From the NCBI GenBank assembly GCA_964431235.1, contig CAYSJA010000030.1, positions 1,774-65,773 of the forward strand: a stretch of 64,000 bases of DNA, written 5' to 3'. The stretch's first letter is position 1. The number at the start of each line of letters is the position of its first letter. Of the stretch, positions 19,616 through 29,062 are shown piece by piece. Below the pieces are notes generated by a model. That model was not told the DNA's origin and searched no databases. It saw nothing but the letters and a program-made list of their open reading frames with translations. The DNA comes from an uncultured Gammaproteobacteria bacterium (GTDB taxonomy: Bacteria; Patescibacteriota; Patescibacteriia; Patescibacteriales; UBA12465). Both the position numbers and the translations under genes were made by a program.

Positions 19616-20131
19616 TTAAATAATTGATTGCAGTGCCTTGAAAGCCTGAGGTAAAATCGGCAAAATCAGATTAACTATTAAATTGAGCCAAGGGATTATA
19701 ACAGAATTATTAATCATATCGCCAAAACTACCACTTATTCCAGTATAACGAGAAATAACGAAAAATATCATTCCTAAAAACAAAGATCCTTCCAAAAAAC
19801 CCAAAACTCCCCCTAAAATATTATTTATATATTTGCTACCAGGGATAAAAGCTAATAAATTAAAAGTTTTTTCAATTAAATAAAACAAAAAATGAGTTAA
19901 TTGAGTAGCAACAATAAAAAGTATAACAAAAGCTAAAATTTTCCCGATTGATTCATTAATCTCTAATAAATCGCCTCCCCATTGAAAAAAATTTAGATAA
20001 AAACGGCTGGCGATATAAGCGCCTATTATCAAACCAAAAATTCGACCTAAAGAGCGAATAAGACCTTTGCTTAATCCGCTAAAGAAAAAGAGAATTAAAA
20101 CAAGGGCTAAAATTAAATCTAAAGTTAACAT
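19616..20131 (-). CDS. CvpA-family membrane protein
   Basis: D..L...F..G..KGLI N-terminus, four TM helices, NNILGGVLG. Confidence 0.85.
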   Translation of the reverse strand: MLTLDLILALVLILFFFSGLSKGLIRSLGRIFGLIIGAYIASRFYLNFFQWGGDLLEINESIGKILAFVILFIVATQLTHFLFYLIEKTFNLLAFIPGSKYINNILGGVLGFLEGSLFLGMIFFVISRYTGISGSFGDMINNSVIIPWLNLIVNLILPILPQAFKALQSII

Positions 20132-20132
20132 A

Positions 20133-21593
20133 TTAGTTTATTTTTGGGAAGAGAATCTCCCCTTTTTTTATTTGTTTTTGAAAAAATTGTGTCTGGATCT
20201 TCACAGAAATAACCGGCAAAAACGGTTCTAATAAATAAGCTATATTTAAAACATCCTGCGCTAAGGGTTTTAAAACACTAGCGATATCTTCAGTTGCTGA
20301 CATTTTCCAAGGCGATTGCCAGCTTAAAGCTTCGTTAGTCGCCTGGATTTTTTCCCAAATAATCTGTAAAGCTTCATTTAAACGATAGCGAGACATTGCT
20401 TTTTGTAACAATCTGTAAGTTTCTAAAATCCCTTTTTCTTTTAAATTAACTTTAAGATCTGTCTTTATATTATTCTTTTCTAATAAATTAGCAATTCGAG
20501 CTACTAAATTTCCTAGACCATTAGCTAAATCCGCATTGTAACGAATTTTAAATTTATCTTCTGAATAATCACCATCTTCAAAGGTGGATATTTCCGCCAA
20601 TAGATAATAACGAAGAGCATCGCCACCGTATTTATCCGCTAATTTATAAGGGCTTATAGCATCCCCTAGACTCTTGCTTATCTTCCGACCGTTAATTGTT
20701 AAAAAGCCAAAAACTAAAATTTGGCGGGAAGGTGCTAATCCGGCCGACATTAACATTGCTTGCCACATAGCTGCCTGTGGTCTAAGATTATCTTTACCGC
20801 AAACCTGAACTGCCGGCCAAAATTTAGCAAAATTATCTTTATTTTTTGGCCAGCCTAAAGTAGAAATATAATTAACTAGAGCATCAAACCAAACATACAT
20901 TACTTGCTCCTTATCTCCAGGAACCGGTACGCCGTGTGGCATCTTATCCTTTTGGCGAGAAATACTAAAATCCTGTAAACCCGAAGAAACAAAAGCTTTT
21001 ATTTCTTTAAGACGGGAGCTGGGTAAAATAAAATCTTCCTGATCATATAATTTTAATAATTTATCTTGATATTTGGAAAAACGAAAAAAATAATTTTCCT
21101 CATCAATCAATTCCAGTTCTTGGTTAGGATGAAAAGGGCAACGACCGTTTTCTAATTCAGAATCAGTTTTTTGCATTTCACAGCCAACGCAATACTTAAC
21201 TTTATAATTCTTTTTGTAAATATCACCGTTTTTAAGACAAATCCGCCAAAATTCTTGCGCTGCTTCCTGGTGTTTTTTGTCAGTGGTTCTAATGAATTTA
21301 TTATAAGAGAGATTAAGCTTATCTTTCAAAGGTAAAAATTTAGTAGAATAAAGATCGCAATATTCTTTTATAGATACGTTTTTTTCTTGGGCTTTTTGAT
21401 AAATTTTCAAACCGTGCTCATCAGTACCGGTATTAAAAAAAACTTCTTTCCCCGCTTGGCGATGAAAACGGGCAATAACATCGGCCTTAATAATTTCCGC
21501 GGCAAAACCAATATGGGGCTCGGCATTTATGTAAGGCAGAGTCGTAGAAATATAAAAATTATTATTTTTTTCACGGTTATTCTTTTGTTCCAT
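20133..21593 (-). CDS. metG: Methionine--tRNA ligase (short form)
   Basis: PYINAEPHIG, GTDEHG, YVWFDAL, KISKS; first ATG used as start. Confidence 0.96.
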   Translation of the reverse strand: MEQKNNREKNNNFYISTTLPYINAEPHIGFAAEIIKADVIARFHRQAGKEVFFNTGTDEHGLKIYQKAQEKNVSIKEYCDLYSTKFLPLKDKLNLSYNKFIRTTDKKHQEAAQEFWRICLKNGDIYKKNYKVKYCVGCEMQKTDSELENGRCPFHPNQELELIDEENYFFRFSKYQDKLLKLYDQEDFILPSSRLKEIKAFVSSGLQDFSISRQKDKMPHGVPVPGDKEQVMYVWFDALVNYISTLGWPKNKDNFAKFWPAVQVCGKDNLRPQAAMWQAMLMSAGLAPSRQILVFGFLTINGRKISKSLGDAISPYKLADKYGGDALRYYLLAEISTFEDGDYSEDKFKIRYNADLANGLGNLVARIANLLEKNNIKTDLKVNLKEKGILETYRLLQKAMSRYRLNEALQIIWEKIQATNEALSWQSPWKMSATEDIASVLKPLAQDVLNIAYLLEPFLPVISVKIQTQFFQKQIKKGEILFPKIN

Positions 21594-21628
21594 AGCTAGT
21601 GAACGGCTAATTATTTTCAAGTTAAAAA

Positions 21629-22330
21629 TTAAAATTTACCTTTATCTCTAACCAAAACAACGAATTCTCCTTTTAAATTATTAGAATCAGAATTTAAAAT
21701 AGCTAAAATCTCTTCTGCGGAACCTTGGTAGCAACTTTCATGTAACTTGGTTATTTCTCTAAAAACAATCAACTTTTTAGACTTATTTGTTTCTTTGGAT
21801 TTATCTACTATTTCTTTGAGCAGTTTAGTAATTCGGTGCTTTGATTCATAAAAGATAAAAGGTGAATTACTGATAACAATTTTCTTGATAAGCGATTGAC
21901 GACCTTTCTTGTGTGGTAAAAATCCTAAAAAACAAAAACGATCAAAACCAACCCCAGCTAAAGATATTGCCGCTAATAAAGCAGAGGGACCGGGAATACT
22001 AACGATCTTTACATCCTCCTCCAGTTCTTTTCTAATAACTGATATTAGCTGGCTACCAGGATCAGACACGCCCGGTGTACCGGCATCGCTAATTAAGGCT
22101 AATTCTTTTCCTTCTTTTAATTTATTTATTATTTTTTCAATTTTCAAAAAACCTGAATGTTGGTGATAAGATAAAAGCGGAGTGCTTATTCTATAATGGG
22201 ATAGTAATTTCTTAGCGACTCTAGTATCTTCGCACAAAATCAAGTCAACCTGTTTTAAAATTCGCAAAGCGCGCAAACTAATATCTTCAAGATTGCCAAT
22301 CGGGGTTGCTACTATATTTAATATTCCCAT
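21629..22330 (-). CDS. rsmI: 16S rRNA C1402 2'-O-methyltransferase
   Basis: VATPIGNLEDIS, EDTR, SDAGTPGVSDPG, REITKLHE; start at MGILNIV. Confidence 0.95.
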   Translation of the reverse strand: MGILNIVATPIGNLEDISLRALRILKQVDLILCEDTRVAKKLLSHYRISTPLLSYHQHSGFLKIEKIINKLKEGKELALISDAGTPGVSDPGSQLISVIRKELEEDVKIVSIPGPSALLAAISLAGVGFDRFCFLGFLPHKKGRQSLIKKIVISNSPFIFYESKHRITKLLKEIVDKSKETNKSKKLIVFREITKLHESCYQGSAEEILAILNSDSNNLKGEFVVLVRDKGKF

Positions 22331-22334
22331 AAAA

Positions 22335-24059
22335 TTATTCCATATTATCACGCCTTTCTCGAACATATTTAGTCCAATCTTCTGCCACATCAACTAAAAT
22401 TTTAAAAGGCGCTTCAATTATAAAATCAAAAACGAAAATAAAAACATTTACCCGGGACATATTATTAGATAGCCACCGTCCTACCAAAATTATTGGCATA
22501 TAGAATAAATCAACTAGAAAAGTCAACAAGTTCTCCCGACGCTCAATTATCATAAGCTCCTTGACACCGCGCGAAACAATAATGCTGAAAAAACTGACAA
22601 AAGCTAAGAAAAATAAAAAAACAATCACACTAACCCAGGTAAAATTAATAAAAGCCAGGGCTTTAATGATAATATATACTGATACCATAAAGGCGGCCGT
22701 ATAAATAAGATTAAAAATAAAATTAGTAATCACTCCTCGCTTTCTTTTCTTACGAATATAAAGCGGCTGCTTATTACTCTTACCTGAAGTAGCCACCTGC
22801 TTTATACCAGCTATTATTTTTTCTGTATTATTTTCACCTGGTTTAGGGGTAAAAAAGACAATGAAAAATAACAAAACTGCCGGGAAGGCTATATTAATCG
22901 CCAAAGAAACCGGATTTAAAGGTTCACCGAACCACTTTATCGCCGGAACTTCTATTAAAAAAACAAAAATTGATTTGGTTAAAAAAATGTAAATAATGCT
23001 CCTTAAAGCTGCCCGCCACAAACGAGATTTAGCTTTTTTGTATTTTTGATGACAGGTTCTAACCAGAAGCTTATAAAAAGTTTTTTTTCCTTGCTGAGCC
23101 GCTTTATATGTCTTCAATGGATCTTTAGAAATAGTATCGGCTAAAATTGTAAAATAAAGGGCATAGCGCCTGACTATTTTATCTAAATCCCTAATTAAAG
23201 GGTGTTTTAGCTGTTCTTCTATCTTATTTATAATCAAATCAATCTTAGCAACAATTTTATTAATCTCTTTCTCTCTATCAAGGTCTTCTTTTCCTTCATT
23301 TAAATCAAGCCAAGAATCATTATAATACTTAAACAAAACAAAGCTCAACATGTCTTTATCCAGTTTTAAAAATTTTCGGCTGATGCTTAAATAAATCTGA
23401 ATTTCTAAATCTTTTTTATAAGGAGAATCATCGAGTAGAGCAATATCGCGACGCAAAACGTCAAATAGACTATTTACTATCATCTGCTTAACTTTATCTG
23501 ATGACAAACTATCTTCAATTTCACAAGCGGCCAAGCTTAAAAGCCAACGAATGACATTGTTCTTTTTTTGTAGAAGCTGCTTAGTACCAGAAACGTTGGC
23601 TTTTAAATTAAGGGCTGAATTTATCTTTAAAATAATCTGGTTTTTAAGCTGTATATATTTTTCTAATAAATCAGCCACTTCCTGAATTTTTCTTTCCGGA
23701 ATCTGGTTATTCGGCAAGTACCCTCCCCTTATAAGCTCGGTTAAAAGATGTTGGGATAAACTTGAACTATCAACTTCTTTTATTACGCCTTCAATAATCA
23801 CTTGGCGTCGTAAAATTCTGGCAATGGCATTTTTGCGCAAGAGATGATCCTCATCATAATCAACCGCATTCCTTATCTTTTCATAAAAAAAAGACAAGCG
23901 AGAAATCAATTCGGAAACTTTTATTTTGGGCTCACTGTCACTCATTTCCTCTTCTTGGCTTTTCTCGCTGTAAATAATCTGAAACAACTTCTTTGTATTG
24001 TCATTAAGCTCAAACGGTTCTTCAAAACTCTGTTTTTTTATTAAATTAGGACTCACCAT
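22335..24059 (-). CDS. Hypothetical membrane protein (large helical N-domain, about four C-terminal TM helices)
   Basis: 574-aa ORF; YEKIRNAVDY..DHLLR..AI.RIL and DFIIEAPFK motifs; no family recognised. Confidence 0.75.
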   Translation of the reverse strand: MVSPNLIKKQSFEEPFELNDNTKKLFQIIYSEKSQEEEMSDSEPKIKVSELISRLSFFYEKIRNAVDYDEDHLLRKNAIARILRRQVIIEGVIKEVDSSSLSQHLLTELIRGGYLPNNQIPERKIQEVADLLEKYIQLKNQIILKINSALNLKANVSGTKQLLQKKNNVIRWLLSLAACEIEDSLSSDKVKQMIVNSLFDVLRRDIALLDDSPYKKDLEIQIYLSISRKFLKLDKDMLSFVLFKYYNDSWLDLNEGKEDLDREKEINKIVAKIDLIINKIEEQLKHPLIRDLDKIVRRYALYFTILADTISKDPLKTYKAAQQGKKTFYKLLVRTCHQKYKKAKSRLWRAALRSIIYIFLTKSIFVFLIEVPAIKWFGEPLNPVSLAINIAFPAVLLFFIVFFTPKPGENNTEKIIAGIKQVATSGKSNKQPLYIRKKRKRGVITNFIFNLIYTAAFMVSVYIIIKALAFINFTWVSVIVFLFFLAFVSFFSIIVSRGVKELMIIERRENLLTFLVDLFYMPIILVGRWLSNNMSRVNVFIFVFDFIIEAPFKILVDVAEDWTKYVRERRDNME

Positions 24060-24286
24060 ATCAAAATAATACCATTATAAAAAATAAAAACTAAATTATT
24101 TAATTTATTTTATTTTATCCTGTTTAAGCGGAAAAAGCAATAAAAAAGGCTCTGCAGAAAATAATGTAATAAAAAAAACAAAAATAATAGTAAAATTAGC
24201 TTAGAAAATGAGTTTCCCAACTCAAAGCTAAAAATAAACGTTATTTTGAAAAAATTTATATATTTACCTATAAAAACTTCTCGCTA

Positions 24287-24315
24287 TTGACATAGCCACT
24301 CTTATTCTGTATTAT
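24287..24315 (+). promoter_or_regulatory. Sigma70-type promoter of secE-nusG-rplK-rplA
   Basis: TTGACA-17 bp-TATTAT. Confidence 0.75.
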
Positions 24316-24373
24316 TTAATTAGATATATAAAGTGGCCACGAGGCTATTTTTAATTACTTATTTTAGCTTTAT

Positions 24374-24553
24374 ATGAATAAACTGATAAAATATATTAAG
24401 GAGTCTAGTATTGAAATGAAAAAAGTGACTTGGCCTAGTAAAAAAGAAACTTACCGCTATACGGTTTTAGTAATTATTATTAGTTTGTCTGTAGCTGCTT
24501 TTCTAGGAGCTTTGGATTATATCTTCAATTTCGGTTTCAAATTAGTAATCTAA
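24374..24553 (+). CDS. secE: Preprotein translocase subunit SecE (59 aa; not in ORF track)
   Basis: Manual translation MNKLIKYIKESSIEMKKVTWPSKKET...GALDYIF...; EMKKVTWP motif; directly upstream of nusG. Confidence 0.95.
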   Translation: MNKLIKYIKESSIEMKKVTWPSKKETYRYTVLVIIISLSVAAFLGALDYIFNFGFKLVI

Positions 24554-24585
24554 AAAATTTAAATATATAGCTCTATATAAATTTT

Positions 24586-25131
24586 ATGGCCAAACAACTT
24601 TTAAACCAAGGCCGCCGCTGGTATGTTATACATACTTATTCCGGATACGAAGAAAATGTCGCTCAAAATTTAAAACAGAGAGTGGAGTCTTTGGATATGG
24701 AAAATAAAATATTCAATGTTTTAATTCCTACTGAGAAGAAAATAAAAATTAAAAACGGCAAACGAAAAGTTATTGAAGAAAAAATCTTTCCTGGTTATAT
24801 TTTAGTGGAAATGATGGTTACTGACGAATCTTGGTATATAGTTAGAAATACACCTAATGTTACCGGCTTTATTGGTAGTGGCACTATTCCTACGCCGATA
24901 AGCGAAACTGAAATTAAAGCTCTACAGAAAAGAATGGGCGTAGAAGATCCTAAATTTCAAATAGATGTTGAAATTGGTTCACCGGTAAAAATAAATGAAG
25001 GTCCTTTCAAAAATATGGAGGGTAAAGTTACTGCTATTGATGAAGCTAAAGGTAAAGTCAAAGTATCTGTATCCTTATTCGGGCGAGAAACTCCGGTAGA
25101 ACTTGATTTCTTGCAAATAAAGAAAACCTAA
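24586..25131 (+). CDS. nusG: Transcription termination/antitermination factor NusG
   Basis: WYVIHTYSGYE, FPGYILV, GPF, FGRETPVEL. Confidence 0.98.
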   Translation: MAKQLLNQGRRWYVIHTYSGYEENVAQNLKQRVESLDMENKIFNVLIPTEKKIKIKNGKRKVIEEKIFPGYILVEMMVTDESWYIVRNTPNVTGFIGSGTIPTPISETEIKALQKRMGVEDPKFQIDVEIGSPVKINEGPFKNMEGKVTAIDEAKGKVKVSVSLFGRETPVELDFLQIKKT

Positions 25132-25186
25132 AAATTACTTGTAATAATTAAAGGTGAGCGGTGCTTCTACGCTCAAAATGAAAAAT

Positions 25187-25609
25187 ATGGCAAAAAAAAT
25201 AAAGACTAAAATAAAACTGCAAATATCTGGCGGACAAGCTAGCCCAGCTCCCCCTATTGGTCCAGCTTTAGGTCAACACGGCTTGAATATTGCTGAATTC
25301 TGTAAAGAATTTAATGATAAAACTAAAGATAAGACAGGAGATATTATTCCTGTAGAAATAACTGTCTTTGAAGACAGAAGTTATAATTTTATCCTCAAAA
25401 CCCCGCCAGCGGCCGAGCTCATTAAAAAGATGGCCGGAATTAAAAAAGGTTCTGGTAAACCCTTAGCTGAAAAGATAGGATCTATAACTGAAAAACAACT
25501 AGCAGAAATCGCGGAAATAAAAATGCCTGATTTAAATGCTAAAAATTTAGAAGCAGCTAAAAAAATAATAGCCGGAACTGCGCGACAAATGGGGGTAGAG
25601 ATTAAATAA
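25187..25609 (+). CDS. rplK: 50S ribosomal protein L11
   Basis: [25 protein letters not shown]; start at MAKKIK. Confidence 0.97.
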   Translation: MAKKIKTKIKLQISGGQASPAPPIGPALGQHGLNIAEFCKEFNDKTKDKTGDIIPVEITVFEDRSYNFILKTPPAAELIKKMAGIKKGSGKPLAEKIGSITEKQLAEIAEIKMPDLNAKNLEAAKKIIAGTARQMGVEIK

Positions 25610-25627
25610 TACTAATTAATAATAATT

Positions 25628-25661
25628 GTGGAAGTTTAAAGAAATTAAACGCCTTTACCAC
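25628..25661 (+). promoter_or_regulatory. Putative L1-binding autoregulatory mRNA hairpin before rplA
   Basis: GTGG..GTTTAA-loop-TTAAAC..CCAC stem with an internal loop, 6 nt before the ATG at 25668. Confidence 0.6.
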
Positions 25662-25667
25662 GAAAAT

Positions 25668-26375
25668 ATGATTAAGAAAAAAGATAAAAAACAAAAACAA
25701 GTCAAAATAAAAAAAGATTTTTCTTCTTTTTATAATAAAAATAAAAATTATCCTATAAAAGAAGCAGTGGAAATTATAAAAAAAATAAGCACGACGAAAT
25801 TTGACGCTTCAGTAGAAATCCATCTTTGCTTAGGAATTAACACTAAAAAAAGCGACCAACAAATAAGAGGCGCTGTCAATTTGCCTCATGGAACTGGTAA
25901 AACCGTTAGAGTGGCTGCTTTTGTTTCTCCTGAAAACGAAAAAGTGGTTAAAGAAGCTGGGGCTGATCTTGTTGGTGGCGAAGAATTAATTGCAAAAATC
26001 AAAAAAAGCGAAAAAACCGATTTCCAAGTAGCGGTAGCTGAACCGATAATGATGAAAAAATTAGCTATTATTGCAAAAATTTTAGGAACTAGAGGCCTAA
26101 TGCCCTCCCCTAAAAACGACACTGTTACCCCTAATCCAGTCAAGGCCATAAAAGAATTAAAAAAAGGTAAAGTTAGCTTTAAAAATGACGACACTGGTAA
26201 TTTACATATTGTTATTGGTAAAGTCAGTTTTAGTAATAGTAAACTAATAGAAAATTATCAAGCTTTTCTGGATTCAGTCAAAAAACTAAAACCTAATTCA
26301 GCTAAGGGAATATTTATTCAAAGTGCTACTTTAGCCTCATCTATGAGCCCAGGTATAAAAATATCAATTTCTTAA
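25668..26375 (+). CDS. rplA: 50S ribosomal protein L1
   Basis: KFDASVE, RGAVNLPHGTG, LGTRGLMPSPK; start at MIKKK. Confidence 0.97.
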   Translation: MIKKKDKKQKQVKIKKDFSSFYNKNKNYPIKEAVEIIKKISTTKFDASVEIHLCLGINTKKSDQQIRGAVNLPHGTGKTVRVAAFVSPENEKVVKEAGADLVGGEELIAKIKKSEKTDFQVAVAEPIMMKKLAIIAKILGTRGLMPSPKNDTVTPNPVKAIKELKKGKVSFKNDDTGNLHIVIGKVSFSNSKLIENYQAFLDSVKKLKPNSAKGIFIQSATLASSMSPGIKISIS

Positions 26376-26404
26376 ACCTGATTAAACCGATTAAACCCTT
26401 GCTA

Positions 26405-26433
26405 TTGACTTAATATTATAAATAAGATATACT
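26405..26433 (+). promoter_or_regulatory. Sigma70-type promoter of the RRM gene
   Basis: TTGACT-17 bp-TATACT. Confidence 0.7.
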
Positions 26434-26540
26434 TATTTTGTAGGTAAGCAATTTTTTAGAAAGGGCGGATCCTTATCCGCTCTTTCTTTGCTAATAAAAG
26501 GTCGTCTTACATTTGTTAAAAATAAAAATAAGTAAACCAA

Positions 26541-26798
26541 ATGAAAAAATTATTCGTCGGCGGTTTGTCTTTCAAGACAACTGAGCAAAGTTTAGCTGAT
26601 GCTTTCGCAAAAGCTGGAAAAGTTTTATCCGCCGTCATTATCACTGATCGCATGACACAAAGATCCAAAGGTTTTGGTTTTGTAGAAATGGAAAATGAAG
26701 CGGATGCTGATAAAGCGATAGAGATGTACAACAATCAAGAACTAGACGGACGCCGCATTGTAGTCAATGAGGCTCGTCCCATGGAAAAAAGATTCTAA
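26541..26798 (+). CDS. Single-RRM RNA-binding protein
   Basis: RNP2 LFVGGL, RNP1 KGFGFVEM, VNEARP. Confidence 0.95.
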   Translation: MKKLFVGGLSFKTTEQSLADAFAKAGKVLSAVIITDRMTQRSKGFGFVEMENEADADKAIEMYNNQELDGRRIVVNEARPMEKRF

Positions 26799-26823
26799 GA
26801 TATCCTAAGATATAGAAAATGTG

Positions 26824-26865
26824 ATTAAAAACGCCCTCTTTTATAAGATGGGCGTTTTTTAATTA
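26824..26865. terminator. Bidirectional terminator between the RRM gene and iscU
   Basis: AAAAACGCCC...GGGCGTTTTT inverted repeat with A/T tails. Confidence 0.8.
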
Positions 26866-26900
26866 AAATATTATATCACTTCAATAAGCATATGTTTATT

Positions 26901-27302
26901 TTAGTCTTGATCTGATTTCTTTGTTTTTTTAACTCTGGTCTCATAATCCAAAATTGCTTTTTTTAAACCTTGAATCGCCATTACCGAACAGTGGATCTTT
27001 TGCTGGGGTAATCCTCCTAAATCATCGGTAATTTTCTGCCAAGGGTACTTTTTCGCTTGATCAAGAGTCATACCTTTTACTTTTTCTGTCATTACTGAGG
27101 CAGTAGCAATATTTGAAGCGCAACCAAAGGATAAGAATTTGACATCTTTTATTCTACCTTTTTCTACTTTTAAAAAAAAATCTAATTGATCACCACAAAC
27201 CATATTACCTATCCGGGCATAACCATCTGGTTTTTTAATCTTACCAATATTTCTTGGCTTTAGAAAATGATCTAAAGTTTTTTTAGTATAATTTAAAGAC
27301 AT
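26901..27302 (-). CDS. iscU: Fe-S cluster scaffold (IscU/NifU N-terminal family)
   Basis: DHF..PRNIG, GN.VCGD, FGCAS, KIHCS. Confidence 0.92.
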   Translation of the reverse strand: MSLNYTKKTLDHFLKPRNIGKIKKPDGYARIGNMVCGDQLDFFLKVEKGRIKDVKFLSFGCASNIATASVMTEKVKGMTLDQAKKYPWQKITDDLGGLPQQKIHCSVMAIQGLKKAILDYETRVKKTKKSDQD

Positions 27303-27387
27303 ATATTAAAATTTATTTTTCGTTTTATTTAATAATTCTACTACAAAGAATAAATAAAATCTAGCAAATCTAGTACCTACATACATA

Positions 27388-27416
27388 TTGACATAATTGT
27401 AAAAATATATTAAAAT
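27388..27416 (+). promoter_or_regulatory. Sigma70-type promoter of the orphan membrane gene
   Basis: TTGACA-17 bp-TAAAAT. Confidence 0.65.
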
Positions 27417-27448
27417 AAACAAAAATAGAACTTTAAAAATTATGTACC

Positions 27449-27844
27449 ATGAAAAAAAGATATAAAGATCTTTTAAAACAGCTTATAGCAATCTCTTTTC
27501 TCTCTTTTCTTTTAAGTTATGTTATTAGTTTAATAGGTGTTATTTTAACAGCTTTCAGTCTAGGATACGACTATGATGAGTTAATTAAACCTTTAAAAAG
27601 AAAAAGGAATTGGCTCACTGTTAAAATATTCTTAGCAATGGAAACTGGTTTTTTAGGAAGCTCACTACTTCATGCCGGACTTTTTCCTGGCATAAGTACT
27701 CTTATTACTGTTATAATCGGTATAACAGTTGGTTTTGTTTTTTTTGTTTTTGGATGCTTATTAGAAAAATATAAAAAAAAGAAAAGAAAAGCTACCAATA
27801 CAAAAAAATTTAACTGGTACTACTTAAAAATGCTAATGACTTAA
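27449..27844 (+). CDS. Hypothetical membrane protein (about three TM helices)
   Basis: 131-aa hydrophobic ORF with its own promoter and a downstream hairpin/T-tract. Confidence 0.65.
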   Translation: MKKRYKDLLKQLIAISFLSFLLSYVISLIGVILTAFSLGYDYDELIKPLKRKRNWLTVKIFLAMETGFLGSSLLHAGLFPGISTLITVIIGITVGFVFFVFGCLLEKYKKKKRKATNTKKFNWYYLKMLMT

Positions 27845-27901
27845 AAATCAATTTAAAAAAATTGGTTTTTTTTCGTTTAATAAGAATTTTTGCTGATAAA
27901 C

Positions 27902-29056
27902 TTATTCTATAGGAGAAAAATGGCGCAATCTTTTCACTGTTTGTTTTAAAGCCTTAACAGTATAATCTATTTCTTTTTTAGTATTGAAGCGCCCTAAAGA
28001 AAAACGAATATTGCTATTTAAATAATTTTTTTCTAATCCCATGGCTTTCAAAACATGAGAAGCACGCAAATTAGAGGCTGAACAAGCAGATCCGGTAGAA
28101 ACACATATTCCTTTTTGCGATAAATCAATTAGAATCGCTTCACCTTCTACATTGCTAAACATAATATTTAAATTGGCCGGAATGCGGTTTTTGAAACTGC
28201 CGTTTAATTTAATTTTTGGAATTTCTTTCTTTAACTGCTGCCATAAATAATCTTTTAATTCTTTTATCTTTTTCAAATATTCGTTTCTTTCTTGATAAGC
28301 TAAAAATAGAGCTTCGCTAAATCCAATTATTCCCGGCATATTGCAAGTGCCAGAACGCAAATAATTTTCTTGGCCTCCACCAACAATAATAGGGTTAATC
28401 TTTATATTTGGATTTATATAAGCTAAACCTACACCTTTAGGGCCATAAAGTTTATGAGCGGACAAACTAATAAAGTCAAGGTTCATTTTTTTGATATCAA
28501 GTTTAAGATAAGGAACGGCTTGGACAGCGTCGCTATAAAAATAAGCACCGTTTTTATGAGCTATCTCGGCTAAAGATTCTATATCTTGAATTATACCGAT
28601 TTCATTATTAACAGCCATAACTGAAACTAAAATCGTATCCTTCCCTATTATTTCTCTTAAACTATTCGGAGTAACCAAACCATTTTTATCAACCGGTAAA
28701 TAATCAATTTTAAATCCCTCTTGAGATAATTTTTTAACAGTTTCCCTAACACAGGAATGCTCTATTTCTGATATTATTATCCTATTTTTTTTCTCAGTCT
28801 TATTAGCTAAAGCCACACCTCTAATTATCATATTACTGGCCTCGGTGGCACTTGAAGTAAAAACAACCCCTTTTTTATCTGCTCCTAAAATTTTAGCTAT
28901 CCTTTCTCTAGCTAGTTCTAAATCAGAAAAAGCCTCCTGCCCTAAAGTATGAATGGAAGCTGGGTTACCGTATTTTTCACTAAAATAAGGTTGCATTTTT
29001 TTTAATACACGAGGATCGAGTTTTGTTGTAGCGGCATTATCTAAATATACTATCAT
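27902..29056 (-). CDS. iscS: Cysteine desulfurase (IscS/NifS type)
   Basis: YLDNAATT, GNPAS, SAHKLYGPKG, STGSACS. Confidence 0.95.
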   Translation of the reverse strand: MIVYLDNAATTKLDPRVLKKMQPYFSEKYGNPASIHTLGQEAFSDLELARERIAKILGADKKGVVFTSSATEASNMIIRGVALANKTEKKNRIIISEIEHSCVRETVKKLSQEGFKIDYLPVDKNGLVTPNSLREIIGKDTILVSVMAVNNEIGIIQDIESLAEIAHKNGAYFYSDAVQAVPYLKLDIKKMNLDFISLSAHKLYGPKGVGLAYINPNIKINPIIVGGGQENYLRSGTCNMPGIIGFSEALFLAYQERNEYLKKIKELKDYLWQQLKKEIPKIKLNGSFKNRIPANLNIMFSNVEGEAILIDLSQKGICVSTGSACSASNLRASHVLKAMGLEKNYLNSNIRFSLGRFNTKKEIDYTVKALKQTVKRLRHFSPIE

Positions 29057-29062
29057 ACATTT

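Noticed and set aside
24060-24373. tRNA (e.g. tRNA-Trp) upstream of secE
   Set aside because: No cloverleaf or GTTCRA T-loop; the region is AT-rich promoter DNA.
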